Source: Gemmatimonadales bacterium (GTDB taxonomy: Bacteria > Gemmatimonadota > Gemmatimonadetes > Gemmatimonadales > GWC2-71-9). From it: DNA of 64,000 nt. Below, piece by piece: positions 39,928 through 47,738 of this stretch. The notes beneath the pieces were generated by a model. The model was given only the letters and a program-made list of their open reading frames with translations, searched no databases and was not told the origin of the DNA. The stretch is from the NCBI GenBank assembly GCA_041577295.1, contig JBFGJG010000020.1, forward strand, positions 1-64,000, given 5' to 3'. The first letter of the stretch is position 1, and the number at the start of each line of letters is the position of its first letter. The position numbers and the translations under genes were made by a program.

Positions 39928-40284
39928 TTACAGCCAAAGGCGCGGTGAGAGGAACTGGAGTACTGCAGCGCCCATCCAGACGGCGGCGGACGTCCAAAGG
40001 ATTCTTTTGGTCCACCGACCACCCCGTGACGGACAGCTCTGACCGTTTGTGCGCCGATTCTTGGGGCGCCGGTACACACTCCAAAACGCAATGCCCAGAA
40101 GCACAGCAGATCCGGTCAACAAGTATCCGCTATACGGTTTGAGGCCGGCCGCGAAAATCGCGCCCTGGACACCCAACAGGCTGATGCCGATCGGTCCCAG
40201 GCAGCAGATGCCCGCGGCAGCACTCCCGAGCGCCGACCCAGCGGCGCCGACCAGCGAAGCGAGCGGCACAGCAGGGCGGTCCAT
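39928..40284 (-). CDS. merT: Mercuric ion transport protein MerT-like
   Basis: Three TM segments; ICCLGP in TM1; LKPY; basic cytoplasmic loop containing a single Cys. Confidence 0.85.
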   Translation of the reverse strand: MDRPAVPLASLVGAAGSALGSAAAGICCLGPIGISLLGVQGAIFAAGLKPYSGYLLTGSAVLLGIAFWSVYRRPKNRRTNGQSCPSRGGRWTKRILWTSAAVWMGAAVLQFLSPRLWL

Positions 40285-40288
40285 AGGG

Positions 40289-41011
40289 TCAAACGCTGGC
40301 GCGAGATGACCCGCGGCCCGCGCGTCGGAACCGTGGGTGCGCGAGGCCAAAGCGCGCGCGATTGTTCCATCGAGCCAGTCGCAACCCGTCGTCGAGCGTC
40401 AGCAAGAACGTTCCTTGCCGCCGGGCGGTCCAACTGATCCCCGCATCCCTCGAGGCCAAGAACACCACGTGGCGACAGAAGCTGTCGATCGTTTCCGCCG
40501 TCGACTGGGCCGTGAGCGGTGTATCAGAGAGCACGAACGAGAGTGTCGTGCCCGACGGCGATAGCGAACGTATGCCCTCCGAGTCGATCTCGATCCGAAT
40601 CTCCCGCTCCGTCTGTGGACAAGTAGACGCGATCGTCGCCGCACACTCGAGCAACTCCGGTAGAAAGAGCGCATCCCAGGCGCACCATGTGTACAGATCG
40701 ATCCCGCCAACGGTGAATCGATGTTTCATGGGGACGACCGCGAGGCCGCCGAACCCAACGATGAGTCCTGCGTCGTCGTAGTACACGAGCGATTGGAAGG
40801 CCGAGCTAGCCAAACAGGGCTCCAACCGGCGCGTCGGAACGCCGAGGGACTGGGCGAGCTGCGTGGGAGGAACCGGCTTCCCGTAGGACAGCTGCCGGTA
40901 GAGCTCGAGACCGATCCGTTGCTCATTCTCGTTCAGCATCGGCAGCAAGACAGTCAGCCGACTGAACACTCTTTGAAGGCTAGTGACACGGATCTCCATA
41001 CGATCGCTCAC
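40289..41011 (-). CDS. merB: Organomercurial (alkylmercury) lyase
   Basis: N-terminal HTH (GKPVPPTQLA); LYTWCAWD (catalytic Cys/Asp); STCP; SFCRHVVF (second catalytic Cys); GTGA overlap with the upstream gene. Confidence 0.9.
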   Translation of the reverse strand: MSDRMEIRVTSLQRVFSRLTVLLPMLNENEQRIGLELYRQLSYGKPVPPTQLAQSLGVPTRRLEPCLASSAFQSLVYYDDAGLIVGFGGLAVVPMKHRFTVGGIDLYTWCAWDALFLPELLECAATIASTCPQTEREIRIEIDSEGIRSLSPSGTTLSFVLSDTPLTAQSTAETIDSFCRHVVFLASRDAGISWTARRQGTFLLTLDDGLRLARWNNRARFGLAHPRFRRAGRGSSRASV

Positions 41012-41202
41012 TGGTTACAACCCGCCTTAGGTGGGCAGGGCTGCGTCGCATACGAACAAAACACGCAGCAGTCACCCGGCTGTGGTCGGAGTACGGTTCG
41101 GCAGTTACCGCACTCGTAGAAGAACACGCACCGATCCTCAGGCATCTCCTCGACTGTGGCATGCCCGCAATGGGGACAGGTGATGGTAGTCGTCTGGCTC
41201 AC
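41008..41202 (-). CDS. GDCCVxC domain Cys-rich small protein
   Basis: 64 aa with 10 Cys: ITCPHCG, MP, C.FFYECGNC, GDCCVFCSY, PCPP; GTGA-coupled to merR and merB. Confidence 0.9.
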   Translation of the reverse strand: MSQTTTITCPHCGHATVEEMPEDRCVFFYECGNCRTVLRPQPGDCCVFCSYATQPCPPKAGCNQ

Positions 41203-41609
41203 CCGACAGCGCTCCGCTTCAGGGACTCAAGAATTGGACACTCCTCGGTGGTTTCTCGGCGGTCGCACGCCGCGACGAGACGCTTGAGCGTGACCCGCAT
41301 GCGCCCGAGCATCTCGATCCGACTTTCCACGTCAGCGATCTTTGCCTCCGCCTTGGCCTTGATGGCAGTGCAGTTCGAGCGCGGATGCGTGCGAAGGGAG
41401 AGTAGCTCACCGATCTCAGTGAGCGTGAAACCGAGGTCCTTGGCATGTCGGATGAACGCCAGCCGATCGACCGTATCGTCCGGGTACTGGCGGTACCCAG
41501 AGCGCCTGGCCGGCGGACGCGGGATGAGGCCACGCCGCTCGTAATACCTAATCGTCTCGACCCCCACACCGGCGCGCTTTGCTACCTCTCCGATGGTGCT
41601 CCCTGGCAT
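41199..41609 (-). CDS. merR: Hg(II)-responsive MerR regulator
   Basis: TIGEVAKRAGVGVETIRYYERRGL HTH; C80, C115 and C124 have the same spacing as the Hg triad C82/C117/C126 of Tn21/Tn501 MerR. Confidence 0.9.
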   Translation of the reverse strand: MPGSTIGEVAKRAGVGVETIRYYERRGLIPRPPARRSGYRQYPDDTVDRLAFIRHAKDLGFTLTEIGELLSLRTHPRSNCTAIKAKAEAKIADVESRIEMLGRMRVTLKRLVAACDRRETTEECPILESLKRSAVG

Positions 41610-41632
41610 CGCTTCCCTCCACCATGTCGGGC

Positions 41633-41664
41633 AGGGTAACGTCTGTACCTTGGTACGGAGTCAA
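41633..41664 (-). promoter_or_regulatory. MerR-type promoter/operator driving merR and the downstream operon
   Basis: Minus strand TTGACT-CCGTACCAAGGTACAGACGT-TACCCT: -35, a 20-bp spacer with dyad TCCGTACC-aa-GGTACAGA, then -10. Closely matches the classical mer operator TTGACTCCGTAC-N4-GTACGG. Confidence 0.92.
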
Positions 41665-41713
41665 GCCGGCCAACGCATTAGTTTCAAGGCGCAACCCGAC
41701 ACATGGAGATCCG

Positions 41714-42463
41714 ATGCGTTATGCCTTGATCGCGGATATCCACGCCAACCTGCCGGCGCTCGAAGCCGTGCTCGAGGATATCGACCAGCGCACACCTCCT
41801 CCACTCATCTATCATTTGGGTGACCTCGTGGGCTATGCCCCCTGGCCCAACGAGGTCGTGGAGCTGCTCCAACAGCGGGGAATTACGGGCGTTGCGGGAA
41901 ATTACGACTCGACGGTGGCCACAGATCACGACCACTGTGGATGCAAGTACGAGGATCCAAGGCAAGAAGAGTTGTCGCACGTCAGCTATGCATGGACCCG
42001 GCAACACACCCGTGTTGACGTCAAGCGCTGGCTCAGCGCGCTACCCTTTCGCCTCGATATCCAAACCACAGGGGGGCATGCACCCGGACCGCGCCTGATT
42101 CTCGTTCACGGAACACCAACGCTAAACACCGTCTATTGGACCGCGGATCGCTCGGATGCTTTTTGCCTGAAGATGGCGACGGCGGCCGGGGCCGCCTCCG
42201 GCGACGTTCTGGCTTTTGGGCATACACACAAACCGTGGCACCGCGTAGTCGAAGGAATCCACTTTGTGAATTGTGGTTCGGTCGGGCGGCCGAAAGACGG
42301 CAACTGGAAGGCTGGCTACGTGCTCGTGGATTTCCAGGGCAGTGATGGCCCGCATGTGGAGTTCGTACGGTGCTCCTACGATGTGCTGAACGCGATGGAG
42401 AAGATCCAACAAAGCGACTTGCCGGACGAGTTCGCGACGTTCTTGCAGAGGGGAGGAAGTTAG
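41714..42463 (+). CDS. Metallophosphoesterase (calcineurin-like) with a CGC insert
   Basis: DIHAN, LGDLVGY, GNYD, HG, FGHTH, GSVG.P.DG, and DHCGCKY. Confidence 0.93.
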   Translation: MRYALIADIHANLPALEAVLEDIDQRTPPPLIYHLGDLVGYAPWPNEVVELLQQRGITGVAGNYDSTVATDHDHCGCKYEDPRQEELSHVSYAWTRQHTRVDVKRWLSALPFRLDIQTTGGHAPGPRLILVHGTPTLNTVYWTADRSDAFCLKMATAAGAASGDVLAFGHTHKPWHRVVEGIHFVNCGSVGRPKDGNWKAGYVLVDFQGSDGPHVEFVRCSYDVLNAMEKIQQSDLPDEFATFLQRGGS

Positions 42464-42522
42464 GAGTTAGAGGACAGTGGAGATTGAGGCCTCCAAGGAG
42501 CAACCTATCCCCTGTATTCCTT

Positions 42523-43290
42523 CTATCGTGCACATGTCTGGCCCCGCCCGCCGTCGATGGCGAATGTCTCACCCGTGATCCAGCCCGCCTTTGACGACGC
42601 GAGGAATGCGATGAGCTCGGCAACTTCCTCGGGTTCGCCTACGCGGCCCAGCGGATGGGTCTCCTTGCCCCGCTCGAGAAATGTTTGGTAGGTCGCGTGG
42701 CTCATCCCTCCGCGCCGGTGCAGCTCGGTGCGGACCACCCCCGGGTTGACGGCGTTCACCCGCACACCACTGGATGCGAGCTCGAGCGCCAGACACCTAG
42801 TGAGTTGATCGAGTCCCGCCTTGCTTACGCAGTAGGCGAGCACGCCGGGGAACGCACGTGGTCCCGCCACGCTCGACACGTTGACGATGTTGCCACGGCT
42901 CTCGCACAGCAGCGGAATCGCCTCACGACAGAGGCCAAAAAGTGACCGGAGGTTGATCTCCAACATGCGATCCCACAGGTCGAGCGTTGTCTCTTCCCAC
43001 CCCGCACCGACGTAGATCCCCGCCGCGTTCACCAGGATGTCGAGGCCGTTCATGCGCTGTTTGGCGGTCTCAACGATGGCAGTGCGAAACTTGTCGTCGG
43101 TGAGGTCGCCGGCCAGCACGATCCACCGGGCGGCGATCTCCTGATCGCCGGCCGGGGGAGCGAGCGCCTCCTCGCGCCGTCCGGTGGCCAGCACATGCGC
43201 TCCTCGACTAGCCAGAAGCCGGGCCGCTGCCTTACCGATTCCACTGCTTGCGCCTGTGACCAGGGCACGCTTCGTCTCAAACGGATGCAT
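42523..43290 (-). CDS. Short-chain dehydrogenase/reductase
   Basis: TGASSGIG, NAAG, YCVSK, NPG. Confidence 0.95.
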   Translation of the reverse strand: MHPFETKRALVTGASSGIGKAAARLLASRGAHVLATGRREEALAPPAGDQEIAARWIVLAGDLTDDKFRTAIVETAKQRMNGLDILVNAAGIYVGAGWEETTLDLWDRMLEINLRSLFGLCREAIPLLCESRGNIVNVSSVAGPRAFPGVLAYCVSKAGLDQLTRCLALELASSGVRVNAVNPGVVRTELHRRGGMSHATYQTFLERGKETHPLGRVGEPEEVAELIAFLASSKAGWITGETFAIDGGRGQTCAR

Positions 43291-43349
43291 GATTCAACTC
43301 AAATGGGTGAGTGTGTTGCGGGGTGCATGTGTGCGGGCTGTCCACATCA

Positions 43350-44114
43350 TCAAAAGGCTGGCCTCGTCATCGCACCGCCGTCGACTCGCAGATTGACTCC
43401 AGTGATCCACCTGGCTGCATCGGATGCGAAGAAGAGACACGCATTCGCTACGTCGTCCGATGTCCCCAGCGTTCCGAGCGGACACGATTCCGTCCACCGC
43501 TGCACACCGTCGGGCCAATCTCGCTCAATGCCCTCTCGCCAGATGAGGCCTGGTGAGACGGCGTTGACGCGAATCCCGTGAGGCCCCAGCTCCCGGGCCG
43601 CCGAGAGAGTGTGCATGAGCACGCCAGCCTTCGCAGCGTTGTAGTGAGAGTGCAAAGGCATGGGGCTCTCGCCCTCGATTGAGGCAATATTGATGATGGC
43701 ACCACCATGGGGCATTCGGCGCGCTGCGGCCTGAGTACAGAGAAATACACTGCGTAGATTTGTCGCCAGCACGGCATCCCATTCATCTGCGGTCATCTCT
43801 AACACGCCCGTCATCGGATAGCTGCCCGCGTTGTTGATCAGCACGTCCAGCCGTCCGGTTCGCGTAAGCACGTCATCGAAGAGGCGGGTGACGTCCCCCT
43901 CGCGAGTGACGTCACCCGGGAAGGTATGGACACGCCCTCCGTCCTGTTCGATACGGCTCTTGAGCGCCCGCGCCTGGCGCTCGCTCGAGCGGTAGTTCGC
44001 AACGACCACCGCGCCGGCACAGGCAAATCGATGGGCAATGCCAGCACCGATCCCTTTCGCCGCACCGGAAACCACTACCACCCGGTCGGTGAAGTCAAAG
44101 AACCTTTGGTTCAT
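43350..44114 (-). CDS. Short-chain dehydrogenase/reductase (FabG-like)
   Basis: SGAAKGIG, NNAG, YNAAK, SPG, VDGG. Confidence 0.95.
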   Translation of the reverse strand: MNQRFFDFTDRVVVVSGAAKGIGAGIAHRFACAGAVVVANYRSSERQARALKSRIEQDGGRVHTFPGDVTREGDVTRLFDDVLTRTGRLDVLINNAGSYPMTGVLEMTADEWDAVLATNLRSVFLCTQAAARRMPHGGAIINIASIEGESPMPLHSHYNAAKAGVLMHTLSAARELGPHGIRVNAVSPGLIWREGIERDWPDGVQRWTESCPLGTLGTSDDVANACLFFASDAARWITGVNLRVDGGAMTRPAF

Positions 44115-44263
44115 GCTTGCCAAGTTTCCCACGGTGAGACTGACACGCAAGTTCCGGATTCCGGTGGCGCTTGTGGCCGGTGGATCGCACAGGTACCCTC
44201 ACATGCGCACGGCCGGTCATGCGGATCGCCGTAGCTCGAACGGGATTGCAGAGGGAGAACGCC

Positions 44264-44842
44264 ATGGCCATCAAGATCGTTTCGATTCTGGGTACCGCCC
44301 GACCCGGAAGCTATACCCAGAAGGCGCTCGCGCTCGTCACCGACGAGTTGGAGCAACACCCCGAGATCTCGTACAAACTCGTTGATCCGTCGGAGCTCGA
44401 GCTGTCGTTCCCGGGCGGTGAGAGTCAGAGCGGAGACGCCGCGCAAATGCGGGCGACCGTCGAGCAAGCGACGGGGGTAATCATCGCCACCCCAGAATAT
44501 CACGGCAGCTTCAGCAGCGTGCTGAAGCTCGTCATCGAAAATCTGGGGTTTCCATCGGTGTTGCGAGGGAAGCCGGTGGCGCTGTTGGGTGTCGCAGCGG
44601 GGCGGATTGGCGCGATCAAATCGTTGGAGCAACTGCGGAGCGTGTGCTCGCACATCGGAGCTATCGTGCTGCCCTCGCCGATCTCTGTACCCGGGGTCCG
44701 CAAGGTGTTCGCAGAAGATGGCTCCTGTACGGATGCAGAGGTTGAGAAGCAGATCCGCGGCGTGGTATCGACCCTTCTCAACTACATCCACAGTGCCGTG
44801 TGTCCAGGTATTACCCTGGAAGAGATGTTGCGACAGTCATAG
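44264..44842 (+). CDS. NADPH-dependent FMN reductase
   Basis: GTARPGS, TPEYHGS..SVLK, KPVAL. Confidence 0.93.
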   Translation: MAIKIVSILGTARPGSYTQKALALVTDELEQHPEISYKLVDPSELELSFPGGESQSGDAAQMRATVEQATGVIIATPEYHGSFSSVLKLVIENLGFPSVLRGKPVALLGVAAGRIGAIKSLEQLRSVCSHIGAIVLPSPISVPGVRKVFAEDGSCTDAEVEKQIRGVVSTLLNYIHSAVCPGITLEEMLRQS

Positions 44843-44855
44843 ATCGGATTTTGCG

Positions 44856-45530
44856 ATGTCCTATTTCTCACAGGATTTCGTTGACTTCTTTGCGACCCTC
44901 TCGCGGCGCAACAAGCGTGAGTGGTTTCACGCCAACAAGAAGCGCTACCAGCAAGCCGTCAAAGAGCCGTTCGCCGAGTTTGTGGGCGAGATCATTCATC
45001 GGGTCGCGTCACTGGATCCAGTAATCGCGATCGAGCCGAAGGAAGCGATCTTTCGGATCGCCAGAGATACGCGGTTTACCAAAGACAAGACCCCCTACAA
45101 GACGTTCGCCGCCGCCGTGATCAGCCCGGGTGGACGCCGTGACCTGCAGTATCCCGGGTTGTATTTCCAATTCGGAGCGACGGGAGTGCTGATTGCTGGG
45201 GGGCTGTATCAGCTCGAGCGGGACCGCGTGCTTGCCGTGCGCCGTGCCATTGCGTGCGACGGCGCGCGTTTGGATCGCGCCCTGCGCGGGAGGAGGTTTC
45301 GTAAGTACTTCGGCGAGCTTCAGGGTGAGCGTCTCAAGCGGCTTCCCAAGGAGTTTGTGCCTGCGGCGGAGCAATTCCCGTACATCGCTAACAAGCAGTT
45401 CTATTACTACGCCGAGTACGATGACCCGACGTTAGTTTTGCGTAAGGACCTCGCGACGTTCGTGATGCGTCACTATGGAGCAGGAGGTGAGGTCAACGCA
45501 TTTCTCAAGCGAGCGCTCGGGAAGCGCTGA
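44856..45530 (+). CDS. DUF2461 family protein
   Basis: NKREWFHANK..Y, FRIARDTRFTKDKTPYK. Confidence 0.92.
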   Translation: MSYFSQDFVDFFATLSRRNKREWFHANKKRYQQAVKEPFAEFVGEIIHRVASLDPVIAIEPKEAIFRIARDTRFTKDKTPYKTFAAAVISPGGRRDLQYPGLYFQFGATGVLIAGGLYQLERDRVLAVRRAIACDGARLDRALRGRRFRKYFGELQGERLKRLPKEFVPAAEQFPYIANKQFYYYAEYDDPTLVLRKDLATFVMRHYGAGGEVNAFLKRALGKR

Positions 45531-45544
45531 GCCGTCACTCCATT

Positions 45545-45775
45545 CGCATCGTGTCCATCGTGTCGACCGCGGCGTGGAAGCATGCGTCCTGGTGCGCCCA
45601 AACGTGGATCGGGGAGACCCACTGGTGGACTTTGCGCAGTGGTCCCTCGGCGGCCGAACCGTGTACTACAAAGCTCACTACCCCGATGACCGGCGCTTCT
45701 TCTTCTTCGGTTGGGACCAAGGAGAGTGACATTTGGGTGATGGATTTAGCGTACGAAGGCTTGTCTGCCGCTTGA
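45545..45775 (+). pseudogene. Relic of the C-terminus of a TolB/WD40-like propeller
   Basis: QWSLGGRTVYYKA...DDRRFFF, then after a frameshift SVGTKESDIWVMDL. No start or N-terminal part. Confidence 0.5.
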
Positions 45776-45845
45776 CGGAGAGCGAGAGGATTACGGGATG
45801 TGACGGACGTGATACACGAGACGCTCGAGGCGGACCGTCAATTCC

Positions 45846-47429
45846 TCAGTTCGCGACCGCCAGAGGCTGACCCGGAACCCACTCACCCTCGAGTATCTCC
45901 TCCACTGTCTGCTGGTCGGTCGCAGCGCAGAGGTAGTTGCCCTGGCCAAACTGACACCCCCAGGACCGGAGAAGCTCGAGCTGCTCGACACGCTCGATGC
46001 CTTCGGCGATCACCTCCAACTGCAGATCCCTGGCGAGCGTGTTGATGGAGCGCACGATCTTGGCGTGCTCCTGCTTGGAGTGCATTGCCATGACGAAGGA
46101 ACGGTCGATCTTGAGACTGGTGATGGGGAATCGGTGGAGGTAACTGAGCGATGAATAGCCGGTGCCAAAATCGTCGAGCTGCAGTTGCACCTTTAAGGCA
46201 CGCAACTGCGCGAGAATCGACGTCGTCTGTTGGGCATCGCTCATCATCACGGTCTCAGTCATCTCGAGGCCGAGACAGTTGGGCGAGAGGCCCGTCCGCT
46301 CCAGGATGCGGGAAACCTGCTCCACGAGATCGGGCTGCATGAACTGCTGTCCGGAGAGATTCACGTGAATCAGCGCCCGCTCGAGCGTTGGGTACCGGTC
46401 CTGCCACGACCGCATCTGACGGCAGGCTTCTTCCAGCACCCACAAACCGATGGGGATGATCAGCCCCGTTTCCTCAGCGAGGGGAATGAACATTCCAGGC
46501 GAGAGCATGCCACGCTCACTGTGCCGCCACCGCAAGAGGGCCTCGAGACCCACGACGCGCCCCTCTCTGAGGGATACGATCGGCTGGTAGTGGAGGTACA
46601 GCTCGTGCCGTTCGGTGGCGCGGCGCAGGTCGGTCTCGAGTTTGAGCCGGGCGGTGGCGCTTTCCCCCATCGAGATGTCGAACAGCTCATGGCGCGATTT
46701 GCCCAGCATCTTTGCCCGATGCATCGCCAGGTCAGCCTCGCGCAGGAGCGTCTCCGGCGGTTCCTCACCGCTCGTGCTGACGGCAATGCCGATGCTCACG
46801 GTCGTGAACACTTCCTGGCTCTTGAGCGTAATGGGGCGCGACAGCGCCTCCTGCAACCGCTCCGCTGCTCGGGCCGCACTGGACCGATCCACCGACTGGA
46901 TGAGCACGACGAACTCGTCCCCACCCAACCGGACCACGATGTCACCCTTCCGCACACAGGCCAGGAGCCGGCGTGCCACGACGCTGAGCAACTCGTCGCC
47001 CAGCTTATGCCCGAGACTGTCGTTGACGACCTTGAAGCGGTCGACGTCGAGCAGGAGGACCGCGCATCCCGTGCTCCGACCGCGGTGGACGCGGCGGAGC
47101 GCGCGGGCCAATCGGCGCATGAGGACGTTGCGATTGGGGAGACCGGTGATCGCGTCCCGGTGCAAGGCGACCTTGAAGTGAATGATCGCGGCCATGGCGA
47201 GCCCGCCCGCGGCGAGCTGCTGGAGGCCGGTTGGTCCAACAGGGAGTCCAGGGGCACCTGTTGTGACCAGACTCCACACCGCGAGCCCGAGCAAGGCCAC
47301 GGAAACTGAGAGGCTCCCGATGAGTACCCCCGCACGCCAATCTCGTAGTCGTCGCAGAAGGGCGTACGACCACCCGAGGGCGATGAACAAGAGGACAAGT
47401 GCGCTCAGGGCGGCAGGGTTGAACGTCAC
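45846..47429 (-). CDS. Membrane-anchored GGDEF-EAL protein
   Basis: 3 TM segments; DAITGLPNR; RKGD with GGDEF; EALLRW; DDFGTGYSS. Confidence 0.94.
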   Translation of the reverse strand: MTFNPAALSALVLLFIALGWSYALLRRLRDWRAGVLIGSLSVSVALLGLAVWSLVTTGAPGLPVGPTGLQQLAAGGLAMAAIIHFKVALHRDAITGLPNRNVLMRRLARALRRVHRGRSTGCAVLLLDVDRFKVVNDSLGHKLGDELLSVVARRLLACVRKGDIVVRLGGDEFVVLIQSVDRSSAARAAERLQEALSRPITLKSQEVFTTVSIGIAVSTSGEEPPETLLREADLAMHRAKMLGKSRHELFDISMGESATARLKLETDLRRATERHELYLHYQPIVSLREGRVVGLEALLRWRHSERGMLSPGMFIPLAEETGLIIPIGLWVLEEACRQMRSWQDRYPTLERALIHVNLSGQQFMQPDLVEQVSRILERTGLSPNCLGLEMTETVMMSDAQQTTSILAQLRALKVQLQLDDFGTGYSSLSYLHRFPITSLKIDRSFVMAMHSKQEHAKIVRSINTLARDLQLEVIAEGIERVEQLELLRSWGCQFGQGNYLCAATDQQTVEEILEGEWVPGQPLAVAN

Positions 47430-47542
47430 CGACGAGTTGTTCCTTTTTTCGTGGAGACCCTTGCGGGCTGCGACCGTCCGGGCGAGAGAGCCGGCCGCAA
47501 AAACAGTGTCACATTAGATACCGAGTTGACGTGACATCGCTC

Positions 47543-47558
47543 TGTGGTCTTGGTCACA
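47543..47558. promoter_or_regulatory. CRP-like box upstream of the GGDEF-EAL gene
   Basis: TGTGG-tcttgg-TCACA, which reads TGTGA-N6-CCACA on the minus strand. Confidence 0.45.
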
Positions 47559-47738
47559 CGATGGATGGCCATTTTTGCGAGCCGGCGCTCTGGGTGCACG
47601 CTCGTGCACTTTGTGCGGCCTACCAAGGCCCACTCTGAGAGAGGTGCTGTTCACGACAGGCGGGATCTTGCATGTTGCGTGACCACTGTTCGAACAGTGC
47701 ACGGTCGGGGTCGTGCGTTCTGCAGGAAGTGCGATCTG

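Noticed and set aside
39351..40091. Treating 39741..40091 and 39351..39701 as two genes or as a pseudogene
   Set aside because: They share a frame, are separated by one TGA at the first position of a CxxC-type motif, and only the ATG at 39914 has an RBS. Sec read-through is the simpler explanation.
39296..42522. Mer operon as part of a transposon or integrated element
   Set aside because: I saw no transposase, integrase, resolvase, terminal inverted repeats or target duplication.
46230..47309. Long antisense ORFs (for example 46230..47309, 34309..35376, 52724..53680, 38450..39313)
   Set aside because: They lie opposite well-supported genes and have no recognisable motifs, as expected in high-GC DNA.
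47684..47699. Perfect 16-bp palindrome CACTGTTCGAACAGTG
   Set aside because: Single occurrence with no U-tract. It could be an operator or a weak terminator, but nothing supports a specific call.
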